A DNA stretch of 64,000 bases from Yuukianura sp. NJ FZ-2021. Taxonomy: Eukaryota. Within the stretch, counting starts at the first letter, position 1; each line of letters opens with the position of its first letter. The stretch is taken from contig CM102290.1 of the NCBI GenBank assembly GCA_046563655.1, positions 13,702,001-13,766,000 of the forward strand, read 5' to 3'. The notes below the pieces were generated by a model. It had not been told where the DNA came from. It did not search any database and worked only from the letters and a program-made list of their open reading frames with translations. Shown here piece after piece: positions 1-13,000 of the stretch. A program made the position numbers and the translations under genes.

Positions 1-287
1 TTTTTGCAGTAGTTTCAGTTGCCAACGGCAAAAAAAAGATATACCCCGACCCGGACTCGATCCCATGGCCCCCACGTCAGAGGAATGAGAAAAAAAAATT
101 CATGTCGAATTTTTTAAATAGAAAACATGTTTAGGATATTTTTTCATACAATCTGGGCGTTTTCTGATGAAGAATTCGACAAAAAATATTTTTGATTTTT
201 ACTCTGGTGTGGGTGTGGCTACGCGTTCGAGTCCAGGTCGGGATACATTTTTTATTTGGCGTTGACAACCGAAACTACTGCAGAAAA
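1..287. mobile_element. Inverted-repeat element (MITE) at window start
   Basis: 1-60 (tgcagtagtttcagttgccaacg...cccgacccggactcga) is the imperfect reverse complement of ~227-287. Confidence 0.7.
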
Positions 288-1253
288 TTTTCTTTTAACA
301 TGCAGAATATGACTGTAATTTTTAAATTCAAAATTTCGAGATCACGTCAAAAGGTTTCCCTCGTTAGTCCACTAAAACAAACTTTCTCCCGCCAAAATAA
401 GAAGGAAAATGATTTGGATTTAAAAAAACGGAATTTTTTATTAACTGATTATAAACGGAAAAAGTGGATCGGAAATGGATTCTGATTTTTCCTCCTCTTT
501 TCCTGTCACCGTGTCAAATCAAACTCAAGTACGGAGTGTACCTCAAAGAAGAAGGAAGGAAATGGAAAAAAATTATTGCAAGTGAAAGTCATTTGAGTAT
601 GTCAGTCAGTCTCAGAAGTAGTGAACAGCAAATTGAGAAGGGAAAACAAATTGATGTGAATGTTCTGACTGGAAGAGAGAGTGGAACTAGACTTCCCAGT
701 TACAACCTTTACAGTATACAAGTCAGTTGTTGTGAAAGTCCTTGGCGCACTTTTCAAAAAAACCTTCGGTTCACTTGGTAGTACTTGTGACTTCAAAAAA
801 CCACTGCAAACTTCCAGTTCAAAAACGGAGCAAAAATACATTTATTTTCATTTTTTCCTCTACTCTACAGTCTGCCGCTATTTCCGTGAATGTTGGTTAG
901 TGAAGTCTGAGAGGAAGCTTTACTTTGTGCGACTCCTAAGGAATGTGCTCCTTTCTTTTCTCAATTCCATCTGCCTCTCTCGGGATATAAGAAAAGAGAG
1001 ACGAGGACACGGCGTGAGTGGGATTTGTCATCGAACAAGCTTTTTTTTCGGAGACTTAACTTGACTGGCCTTAGGAGTTAAACTACTCTCAAGCATTGTG
1101 TAACCTACTACTGCCCAACCCACTATAACACTAAAAGTTGTAACTATACTTTCACTCCTTTCACACACAGACTCAAACTCCACAATGTTACAATGTAACT
1201 AACTTCCAAACACACAAATTGGTTCAAATATAAATCCAGTTGTAACCCGGAGT

Positions 1254-1460
1254 GTACAAAAGTAGCCAAAGATTAGCGTAACCTTTGTAGCTTACTGAGG
1301 ATAAAACTGGTTGACCTTGACCTTTGACTCAGAAGAAGTTGACCAACCGAGACGATATTAAATAGTGAATATACCCGGGTCACTAGGTGTCTACGGGCAA
1401 AAACAGATTGACAGACAGACAGACAGACAAGGTCGATACATGCAGTAGCTTTCGATACTT
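1254..1460 (+). mobile_element. DINE-1/HINE-like dispersed repeat
   Basis: gtacaaaagtagc start, ttgaccttgacctttgac, (GACA)n microsatellite, gtagctttcg end; family assignment is an inference from this architecture. Confidence 0.6.
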
Positions 1461-2135
1461 CAGAAGAAAGTCTAACTTTCACTTCCTCGTGAATCCAAGC
1501 ATTATCAATTATCCGAATTTTGATGTAAGTAATGTTGTTGCTTGGCAACAGTTCAAAAACCAAGGTCCGTCTTTCCTCTCAAGGTTCACTCTCTGCTTTC
1601 CGGTTAGACAAAAAAGAATCCATATAAGTGTGAACGGAAGTTCCGGTAGATGAATCAATAGCTCAATCAGATCTAAACATTATTTGACGTTCCCCCTCTC
1701 CTACGTGTGTCAGTTGACAAGGGAGTGGTGAAAATGTAATAAAATCACAAAACAATAGTTATTGGATCCTGGATACGACAGGGAGAAAGGGATCTGTTGT
1801 GAGTCGCGGTTTCACAGTGCGGTCGCCGTGTTTCATCTCAGCCTAACCTAACAGTGTGCAACCCAATTAACATTGGCACATCTCCTCTCCACCTCCGATT
1901 ACTTTTCAATCAATATTCTCCCTTTTATTACCCTGACCACAAAGAACGCCCACGGCATCACCCTGTCCATTCTTTTCAATCAAAATAATTTTGTCATCTC
2001 TGAGCCTCTTTGCTTCCTCTTACATCACAACCTCATCCATGGCTTAGGAATTATTTGCACTACAACAGCCATACAGAAACTAGATCCAAAATTCCAAAAT
2101 TAAAATCTCGGTTATCTATCAAAAGTCCCCCTTTC

Positions 2136-2331
2136 CAAAGGTTCCTTGACAACGGAATTGTATTTCCTACAACAGGTTGTCCAATAACTCAGGATTTTCA
2201 AAAATCTTGCTTCAAACACCATGCAAAAAATTACCATAGAAAGGCAGATTTCCTACTTTCAAACAAATTTTAAAACTTCGAGTTATTGGACAACCTGGTG
2301 TAGAAAAAGGTTTTGTTGTTTACGAACCTTG
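2136..2331. mobile_element. CAAGG MITE family B
   Basis: caaaggttccttgac...tacgaaccttg; TSD cccctttc(c); similar to 26215-26439 and 49084-49295. Confidence 0.85.
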
Positions 2332-3460
2332 CCCCTTTCCATGTTTTAGTGCGTTCGCTATTTGAACTGAAATCAAGAAAAGAGGGAGACTATTTCCCAT
2401 CAAAAAAATTTTCCAAAATTTTTCATGTCCAACCTCTTTAAACCTTATCATCACACTATGAAACGTGGACTGAGCAAAAAAAATTGAAACTTTGAAACTG
2501 AATTTACAATTTTTCAGATCCGCAAAAAGAACTTTCTCTTGTCAGTTTAAAAAAAATTTTTTTTTTCCTTTTTACTTTTTACGACTTTTTAAGCATTTCC
2601 AATCGTTTTCCGCAAATAATTTTTTTTTTGGTGAGAAGCGTTCCCCTTTTGCATCTTTTGATCCAACAAAATTTTAAAAAAATATATAAACTACAGAAAT
2701 ATTGTGAAAGGTTAACAATTTTTTTTTAAATTTAAAAAAATATATACACTACAGAAATATTGTGAAAGGCTAAAAATTTTTTTTTTGCAACTTAAGAGTT
2801 AGTGGAGAATCTCCACTGGAGACTGAGTAGGTGGAATTTACAAAAGAAAGTTTTAAAAACACGTCGAGTTGGACTGAATTTTGTTTAGAGTTTGACTGTG
2901 CCTTTACTCAAAACTGTTGAAAAGAAAGTATGAGTAGGTGAATGATTTAATTTAAGTTTTGAGAATGGACGTCACCGGGAAAAAAAGTGTATTTGTTGGA
3001 CAGGAAAAGTAGTGATCAGTGGGGAGGAAGAAGTTTGCTCTAAGAATTTCAAAACAGGCGTTGGTTTTGGGGTTTGGGAAAACTAGAGAGAGCGGGAAAG
3101 GAAAGTGAATTGATATTGGTTGGAAAGTTTGGAACTCCACTTCATCATCTCTCAAAACGGAGAGGAAAGTGGGAGAGAGCCTTTGGTCCTCCTCTAATGG
3201 AGTCAAATGCCCAAATCCTCCATTCACTCAACCTTTCGGCCGAGTAAACTTTCCCATCCTAGTCAAATCTTTACTCATAAAACAATCAGGCCTCTATGCA
3301 CAATCAGGTTGAAGTGAGGCATGAGGAATGACACTATCTACAGACAATTTTCCATCCCCATGCGCCACCCTTTCACTGCCCTCCGACAAAAAAAAACAGT
3401 TGAGGCCATCAATTTAAACAAAAATTCTGCTTTTTAAATAAACCGATTGTAAAACAAAAT

Positions 3461-3806
3461 GTACAAAAGTAGCGAAAGATGACGGTTGAGAAACAAACGA
3501 TAAGAACAACGTTCGTAAGTCATTTTTCATGTCACCAGGAATAAAACCCGTTGACCTTGACCTTTGACCCACTGGTATGATATTCAATGACGAACATCCC
3601 CCGGGTCATCCGGTGTTTAATTATATTAATTAACATGATAATTAATATAATATAATATATTAATAAAATAATGAAATAATAATTAATATAATATGATAAT
3701 AATTAATAAATAGTGAAAACGGATCCGTTTCTGAGTTAATTCCCGCCGACGGACAGACAGACAGACAGAGAGACAAAGTCAATGCATAAAGTAGCTCTCG
3801 CCACTT
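3461..3806 (+). mobile_element. DINE-1/HINE-like dispersed repeat
   Basis: aagtagcgaaag ... ctctcgccactt subterminal inverted repeat, (GACA)n tract, AT-only insert at ~3620-3710. Confidence 0.6.
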
Positions 3807-4028
3807 AATGATCAGAATTCAGCTGACATTTTCATTGTTAAAAAAAAAGTGGAAATTGGCGCAGATCTTAATGTATACCCTCTCCCTCCACCTTCCCAAA
3901 TTCCGATTGCTAAAAGAGTTGAAACAGGAGTTTTTAGAGAGGAAAAAGGAAAGAAAGCAGTTTACAACAGTTGTAAAAAGAGGAAAAAGAGAAACAAAGA
4001 GAAGAAAAACGTAAAGTTTGGAGCTTAC

Positions 4029-7000
4029 CTTGCCGAAGCAACTTCGTTTATTCATTGAAGCTAGGGCGGCAGCTGCATTATGGTGTTCTGCAAACTCTAT
4101 GAAGGCATACGGATCACCATTAGGCTGAAAAGACACAAGAGAAAAAAGGAATTTATTAGAGTCTGGACTTGACTGTTTGGGCTCGGGCAGCAAAGGGAAT
4201 AAACAAACATCTTTCTCCCATTAAGGGCTCCCAATGAAAGTGGCCTCGGCAGCACAAACTATGTGGCGGGAAAGTTCAAGTCCCCGGGAATGTGCACAGA
4301 ATTAGGAGCGGAAATGCTTTTCCATTTGGATTTAGCAGAATCGTAGGAAAGAGACATTTTGTACCAAGCTATAACTCCGGCTCACTTCAAGTAGCGTCAG
4401 CCATATTGTCAAATGATATTTACATAAACAGGAAGAAGACTGCGATTACGTCCGTATGCATCACTCCCTGGAACGCTAGTTCCCGCCATTCTAATCCGCA
4501 AACAAATGGGCTCTCTACCTGATGCAGCCAATATTTCTTATTCCTCGGAGACTCTGCACAGCCACATGCTATTATCATCACCCACATCCCATTATTACAA
4601 AGGACCAGAAAACCTAACCAACCGAATTTTCAGATCCACCTTCTTACATGTTACACAAATTCCCACGACACAAACACAGTCATAATCCCTCAACTTTCAA
4701 AACCCACGCAAAAACACACAAACATCAAAATCAAAATTCGATTCAAACGCACTTCACAAAAAAATTACAATGAAAGATGCTTCCAATCCGAAAATGTGTT
4801 TGTCAAAAAATTTATAATTTGTATATAGAAACAAACATACCAAATTTGGCAAATTACCAGACAGACAGACAGACAAGGTCAAACCAATAAAGTAGCTTTC
4901 GCTAATTAATAATTAATTAAAAATAATAATGATTTGGCGTGGTTTAAAAAACAGGGCATTTGTAGTTGCAATTCCGTCTCCATTTTTTTCAATTCAGACT
5001 TTCAAAATACAAAAAATCAATAAAGCTTAAAATCCTAAAAGCCTAAAATCCTAGTTTAGTTCGGAACGAAGGTTCTTACACGCTTAAGAAAAATTCTAGA
5101 GAGAGAAAATCATCTTAACCTGTTAGCCTTCTTCTCCTTGCTACCGAGACGAGTGAAATAAAGGTTTATGTCTGTGTATAAGATGTGCAAATACTTCCAA
5201 AAGTACTCATCCCTCTTAAATCTGTGGACTCAGACTGTAGAGAAACTGACTCCAGTTCCATTTGGCTAAGGTCCTCATAGGATTATTTTTTTAACTTTGT
5301 TTACTTGTGCCAACTTGGGCACTCTCTCTTTTCAACAGAAATCGTCATATCCAGAAGAAAGAAGCAGTGGCCAAGAACCTTGTTGGTCACTCCCGTTCTT
5401 CATAGACCATTAGGCACGGACGTTTATTTCATCTTCATGATTAGGAGCAGAAGCATAGTGGATACAAAGTGAAAGTGGAATTGGAACTGATCAAAGAGTC
5501 GTTAGGAATTGAAAAGCCAAAGCAGCTTCAATTCCCCATTCCATTTAACCCCTGATCTACATTTCCACAAACAATTAACTTTGTCCTTAATTTCACCAAC
5601 TTTTATCTCCCCCCGGCTTAGAGTCAACTCCTTAACATTTGGAGCTTTCTCCTGCCACTTCAAAGGGAGAAAGTCTAATGGAGAGCACTTGGTTCAATAA
5701 AAAGGAAAGTAGACTGGAGAGAGATGTCTGCTATCTCTCTGATCAACTATAAATATTTCAGAATCACAAGCCCTTAAAGCCCCATTCAAAAAAAGGCTCC
5801 CCCTTTAGCTTCTTTCTGAAGGAAGAAGAAGGCAGGAGTTGCATAAAACAGGAAAATATCCATTGGAGGCAATAAAAGAGAGAGAAATCTCCTTGAAAAG
5901 AAGACGGTTTTGGCACTACAAATTCAAGACCTGTGAATAAATTTCCTATTTCCCCGTTCCCTCTCTACAATATTTCCCACTTTTCTCTCTGAAATCAAAC
6001 CTTCCCTTCCATTGAAAGACATGTAGCATTGGGAGAAAGGAGTGGCCCTGCATACCAAGTGGGTCTCAATCTGCCTAAAGGGTCCCTAACTGCCTCACCC
6101 CCACTCAACTACATTACCTTACCTACACTCATGCATCTTCATCTCACGACAGATCTACACTCACCTCCAAATCTCGTCCATTCCCCACTTCCAACAACCC
6201 AATTTACCTCAATGGACTTCCAGTCCCACCATGGACCCACGAGGTGGGGCTCCAATCAAAACCAGATCCAAATCCCATCTGATATTCCTATTCCAACCAA
6301 TCACACAAATCCCCGCTTCCCGGAATTTCCCAAATCCACAAATTCCCGCCACTCTTCATTTGAATTCGACAGTCAAATTCTGTACAGTCAACAGAAAACG
6401 ATGACATAGGACCGTAACCAGTGTTGCCCAAGGTTGTTTAAATCGAAATTTTGTTTCTTTTTTCTTAACAAGTTATACCATACTTATTGAGTTCATGTTA
6501 GCAGTTGAAAGTAGTAAAAGTAGGTTGGAGTGAAAGTGTCCTTGGCAATGGATTGCCCGCTTTTCCGCCGACAGTCACCAAGCTAACGAAGGCTAAAGGC
6601 TTCTCTGGGTTGGAAAAGAACATGAAAAAGTTAAGGACAGGATGAATGGTTCCTAAGTCTTGTGGAAAGTGGAGGGGAATCCAAGTTGAAAATATACAAA
6701 GAGCATTGGGAAGACGAAGTAAGATGAGGAAATGGGTCCGTATACATCATGCAAACGAAAAGGCCTTTGAAAGAAGAGGAGAAAGCGGACCCAAAAAATC
6801 CTCGTGCCAGAAATTCCACTTTTTCCTTAACAACTTTCCCCATACAGTCTCGCCTTAAAACATCCAACACCCAAATCCTAGGACTAGAGACAATATTTTA
6901 GCATACTCAAAACTCAACTTTCTCCCAATCCAACTTCACCTCTAGGAGCCAAAAACCCTCCTTTCACCACCCTCCTCCTTTCAACAGTAATTCTGAGCAT

Positions 7001-10000
7001 TATCCCCTTTAATAACAAAAGTTGTCAAGTCTCCGTTTATCTTCAAATTCAATACATTTACACACACACATCCACAAAATTCGGATATTGAATTCTCAAG
7101 TCTCTCCTTTCTCCTCCATTTCTCATTTCCTCCTTTCTACACCGGAACAAGAATAACTCTTATTTATTTCCTTCACTCTTTTCCTTTCACGTTCAACTTC
7201 AAACTCTCATTCTTGTTTTACCGGTTGCAAATCGGAGTGTAAATAAGTAGCGAAAGAAAAAGTTGACCTTTGACCTGGGACACTTCCAAAAGCCATAGTG
7301 TAATATATGGAACCATTGTATTCCGAGAAAATTGCCGCCGGGCAGACGGACAGACAGACCGATAGACAGACAGACAAGCTGAATGCTTAATGTACAGTAC
7401 CGGACAGACCGACAGGGACAAGCCTAAATAAGCCAAAAAATTATATAATACGTGAATGTACAAGCTGAAAATTTCATTAAGATTCATTCACCCGTTTTTG
7501 AATTACCTCAAAAAAACCGAAGTGAAAGTTGGAAAACCTGGAAAAAATTATAAGGACACGGCACTTTTTCGGTCCAAACAATTCTGCACTACAAATTCAT
7601 TTGTTGTAGTAAATTATCCAAATTTTCAGGATCATTTTTTAAGTGTTTGGGGCAAATTTTAAGCAATTTTTCAGAAAAATCCGAAAAAACCGAAGATACC
7701 CGAATTCGGGTATTTTCGGTTTTTTCGGATTTTTGAACGGGATTCTTTGAGGGGACTTATATGGAGCATGTGGCGAAAATTTGAGCAAAATCGGCACGCT
7801 AGTTCTCGAGATTGACCAGTTTTAAAAAACGTGATTAAGTTTTAAAAAATTTTAACATTAGTTAGCATGCACCGTTTTTCAAAAAATGTTTTCCGAATTT
7901 CGAAGTGCCGAATCTCGGGAACTAGCGTGCGGATTTTGCTCAAATTTTCACCACAGGCTCCCTATAAGTCCCCTCAATGAATCCCGTTCAAAAATCCGAA
8001 AAAACCGAAAATACCCGAATTCGGGTATTTTCGGTTTTTTCGGATTTTTCCGAAAAATAGCTTAAAATTTGCCTCAAACACTTAAAAAATGATCCTGAAA
8101 GTTTGGGCAGCCTACTACAACAATTGAATTTGTAGTGCTGAATTATTTGGACCGAAAACTTGCCGTGTCCTTATAATTTTTTCCAGGTTTTTCAACTTTC
8201 ACTTCGGTTTTTTTGACGTAATTCGAAAACGGATCAACGTATCTTAATGAAACTTTCACCATAGTTTTATATCGTACATTCCCGTATTATTTAATTTTTT
8301 GGCTGACTTAGATTGCCAATTAGTAGAGTTATCGTCAAAAATATGCTTGTCCCTATAATTTTTTCCCGCACTGTATCTCTCGCTACTTAATAAATGTGTC
8401 AAATACCGAGGTTTAAAGTTGAATTTTAATCGAAAGTCATAGTTAACACAAAAATTTAATATAAATTCAATCAAACTAACAAAAGTATACAAACTAATGT
8501 AATATTAAATTAACCAAAATTAGAAAATCAATCAGCCAATCGCCACAGAGTATTTTGTATTCACTTGGCACAAATAATCTAAACGCACTCAACTAATAAA
8601 CATAAACAAAATATTATACTGTTTACTATCTTTTTGCTCTAAAACAACAATATCTTGTTAAAAAATGAGTAAATTCTATTGGTTGTGGACTCAAATTCGA
8701 TTCTATTGGTTAAGTAGGAGAACAAAAGTGATTAACTACGTCTAGCTCTATTGAACCATCAGTACTTTACGTGTTACAAATGAGCCACGAGAGAGTTTAG
8801 CTTTGGACTTTCTCTCTTAAGCTTCTTCAACTAAAAGTTTGTTTTTCTACCCCTCATCTTTTCAACTTATCCCCTCTCACTTTCCTTTCTAAGGAAATCA
8901 GATACGAATCTTGACAAAAGGGCTTAGCAAAATAGACAAATCTAGTAGTCTACGTTTTGTACTCCCTAACATAGGCAATACTCACTACAAATATATAAAG
9001 CACAACAAACTTACACAACTTGTGGCTATGTGTAAAAAAAAGTTAACAAAAAAGTAACTTCACATAAAAATCCAAACTTTTGACAACGGAGTTCCAGGCA
9101 ACTTGGAAATATTTACATGCACACTCACTTTTACGGCCAAAAAAACAACAACAATGGAAAGTTTGGAAATTAGAGTTTCCGTATGTCAGCATACGAGCCA
9201 ACAACAACGTCGTTTAAACTTTCAAAACAAAAATTTCCCTCGAATTTACAACTCAATTCTTCTTCCAAGGCATATCCCGACACTCATGGACGGCAACAAA
9301 CGGACGTCTATAACTCATGGACGGAAAAATTATAGACATCACACTGTATGGACGGCGAACTTTAAATATTTTCAGTTTAGATTTGGTTACATTCTGTGTT
9401 TATAAATAGCCGTCCATAAAAGTCCGTCCATAAGCGTCCTGGAATCCCGTCCAAGGACGGTTTTCGTTATGGAAAAGAGGGGAGTGGGCGCCGACAGGTG
9501 GAAGGCTTCAAAGTTATGATGAAGAGGTGCACTTTAGCTCCGCCAACATAATGTTGGCAGCATTTCTTTGACTACAGGATTTACAAACTTTCTCTTTTGC
9601 TTACACTAACATTCGCATAAGGAAAGCAATACCTCTGCTGCACTTTCACTTTCGTTTACCCAAAAAACATGGAAAAGTAAAAGTTAAGTAAGAACGGTAC
9701 AGAACACCTGAAGCTCATGCTATAACCATCATCTTGTCCAAACTGCTCCTGTTGCCCTACAGGAACTCCTGTTGTGAGGAGCACGGAAGGAAGTCAATGG
9801 AAATGAGATTTGGATGAGTTGGAGATGATGAGAATGAATATAAAACAAATGTAATAACAACAACAGAAGAGAGGGCAGAGAGGACTCTGCCACTTTAGCT
9901 TTTCAAGAATAAAAATAAAGGAGAAAAGTTTAGAGAAAAAGCAGATGCGGTTTCTGGCTGTAGGGAAATTGCGTTGGTGGCATTAGGTTGCAGGAAAATT

Positions 10001-13000
10001 GGACTCGTGGCGTTAGGTTCGTAGGGAGAGGAAAGTAAGGCATTAAAAAGTGAAAGTGAAATACAAGTGGGTTAAGGCGCCAATATGAGCAGAGCAGATG
10101 CTACTACGAGGGGACCCCCACACATCCTCCATTACTTTTCATGTTACCACTTTCACTAACTCTCACTTTCACTCGATTAGAATCACTCCCTCTGTTCCAA
10201 TTGTAACCAAGTTCACAATTTCCCATTTTCTCAACAAACGAAAAACATACTTAATCAAAAAAAAAATTCACAATCCAAAATCTATTTTTTACCAGAACGC
10301 GCTGTGATCTCGCTGGGGCTCCGCCGGAGAACCACTCAATCGTTGCTATTTTATTAGAAAAAGTTTTGATTTTCTTTTTAACGCGATTTACCAATTTTGA
10401 AAAAAAAAACACTGAAAAATAATTTTTGAAAACGAATAATAATTTTAAAAGGAATTGAGTTTCAAGATTTCGAGTAGAACGATAGAATGGGTTTGGCGCC
10501 GCCCCAAAGAGCATGTGCAGCATTCTCGTCCCAACAAAAAAAAACGAAAAAATGTTTGTTTAAATTTCAATTGTGGAACATTAGCGTAAAAGTGAGCCAA
10601 ATATTGAAAACAAACTTCAAATTTGCACATGCACATAAACATCAACTTTTGGATTAAAAACACTCGAGAAATGGAATGACGAACATACTAATTTAACTAG
10701 TTTCAAGCATCAGTGAACCCAAATATAGCAGAAAAACTTCTTCTTTTTTGTATAACGAATGCAATACTCTGAACTTGAACTTGTGCGTAGTAGTGAGACT
10801 TTAAAATGAAGAATTCGCACCAGCATTATCGTCTGTAACACCCCTCAGCGTGAACATAGGGTTAGACTGACTTATTTGCTCTAAAAGATTGGATTTGGCC
10901 TCTAATCCGGACACAAAAGGACAAAAGACATCAGAGAGTATGTGTATGAAACTAACTTTCACTTTTCACTTTTCCCGCAAGAAGGAAAAGAGAAAGCCTT
11001 TCACTGTGAAATTTCAAGAAAAAACACTTTAATATACTAGGAAGTTAACTTTGGGGATTTAAAGTTTCAGTCCTCACATGCCCTACAACGCTGGAATTCT
11101 GCAGCCTCCTCCCTGTTCAAAATCCTGCCAAAATGTTGTATATATTTCGCAGTAGATTAGCTTCATTTTTACAAGTAATAACCATTACTCCTCCCTGCTC
11201 CACCGTCATCCCAAGTTCACACACAACCTCCAAGTATTTCTTTCCTTTCAACACGAAAGGCCCTGCACTACTCCAGCACAACGATAAAAATCAGTTACAG
11301 TCGAACCTCTCATTCTCCAACACGCTCTGATTGGATGATTTGAAAAAAAGAGTTTTCGCGGCTACAGTACGGTTCTAAATTGTAACACCATTGAAATCTG
11401 AGATATAGCATTTTGGTTTCTTTACAAGTAAAATCCCTCCAAAAATTTAAGTTCTACAGTATATCGCTGCCAGGAGAGGCGGAGCCCAAAGTTGCACAAT
11501 GTGAGGATCTACTGTAGTACAGTCGAACCTCTCATTGCGCGTTTTGCTTTCTTTACAAGCGAAATCCTGTCAAAAATTTAAGTTTTACGGTATCCCGCCG
11601 TCAGGAGGGGCGGAGCTAAAAGTTGCACAATGAGGGGTTCTACTGTATACACACACGATTTTCCTTCTTTTCCGGATTCTCATACTAAAAACAAACTTGC
11701 ATCAAAACAACATCTTTTCAATTTCAAAAAATCAAGACTTTAAAAATTTCAATTATTTCGCTTTTCACTACATTTGAAAACGGAATTAAACGAAAATGTA
11801 ACACATTGAGCGGAGGACGAATTACTAGGTCAAACATTGACCCAGTGGGCACCAACCCATTGTTTTACACATCGTTAGCAGGTTGGCCCTAATTATCACA
11901 TCTAAGCACCGACTGCACTTCACAGTCAGTGCAGAGCAGAGGTTTGCACCGTAGCTAAACCAACCGTCCCAGCCTGCCACTCATACTTCCTTTTCAAAAA
12001 ATTTGAAACAACTCTCGGGGAAATACTAATTACTCCACGTCACTCCCGTTTTACTTTTAAACCTTTTGAAGCTGAGAGCATCAGAAAAAAGAGAGTTTTC
12101 AAACGGAATGAAAGGGATACCAAGTGATCTGTGATGATGAGTGAAATTTAATATGCTCCCTTAAGCTCAGGCCCTCAATCTGTTCTGAGTGGGAAACAAT
12201 AGAAAGCAGATCACGATGAGATGATCATCACACAAAAGGCTCTTGTCCTCCTTCCGCCTACGAAACTTAACCCAGAGCCAGCGGCAACTTTTTCAAAAAC
12301 AAAAAACGAAATTATTACTTACGCCTGTCACTGTGTCCAATTCAAAACGGAGTTTTAAGGCCAATTGGGCAATTGCCAAAGAAAGTAAAAATTAAGCTCA
12401 ACCAATACTAAAATGGAACCATGTCAATCAGTCCTACTGCCGCGCACAACTCTAGCCGACCCCCCTCAGTTCCGTAATTACAAAGTGGCGGGAGTTTTAG
12501 TCTCCAAAAATGGAAGAAAAAGCTCCAGCTTCTTTGAAAAAAGTGGAAAACGTTAGTTAACTTCTGATGTTTGACGTTGACTTTCCCATTGGGCGGTAGG
12601 TTCTGTCGAATGTTTGGTTGACAGGCTGCGTGACTCTTTGAATTTAGTGGAACTCTGGATCTCGAGCCCGTCCAATTTTACGTGTGGCGTCGACGATAAT
12701 ATTCTTGACGAAAATGAAATTTTTGATCCTCGGCGTGCTGGATGCGACCTCCCGTCAGTTGATCCTGTCTCCTCCACGTTGTCCAATTCACCACTCTCCT
12801 CCTTGATTCGGAACCACTGACTCTCTCCGTAAGTGACAGCATTCGGATCCACAGACTTGGGTGTCGTAGCAGCTCCTCTCACTTTTCCCTCAGAAGAGCC
12901 AACTTCCGGGAACTTCCCACGCCAGGATTTGAAACTAATCCGGCCAGATTCAAATCCCATTTCTCCGTTCTGCGTCTTGTCGGGGGTTGTCCCTGCCATC

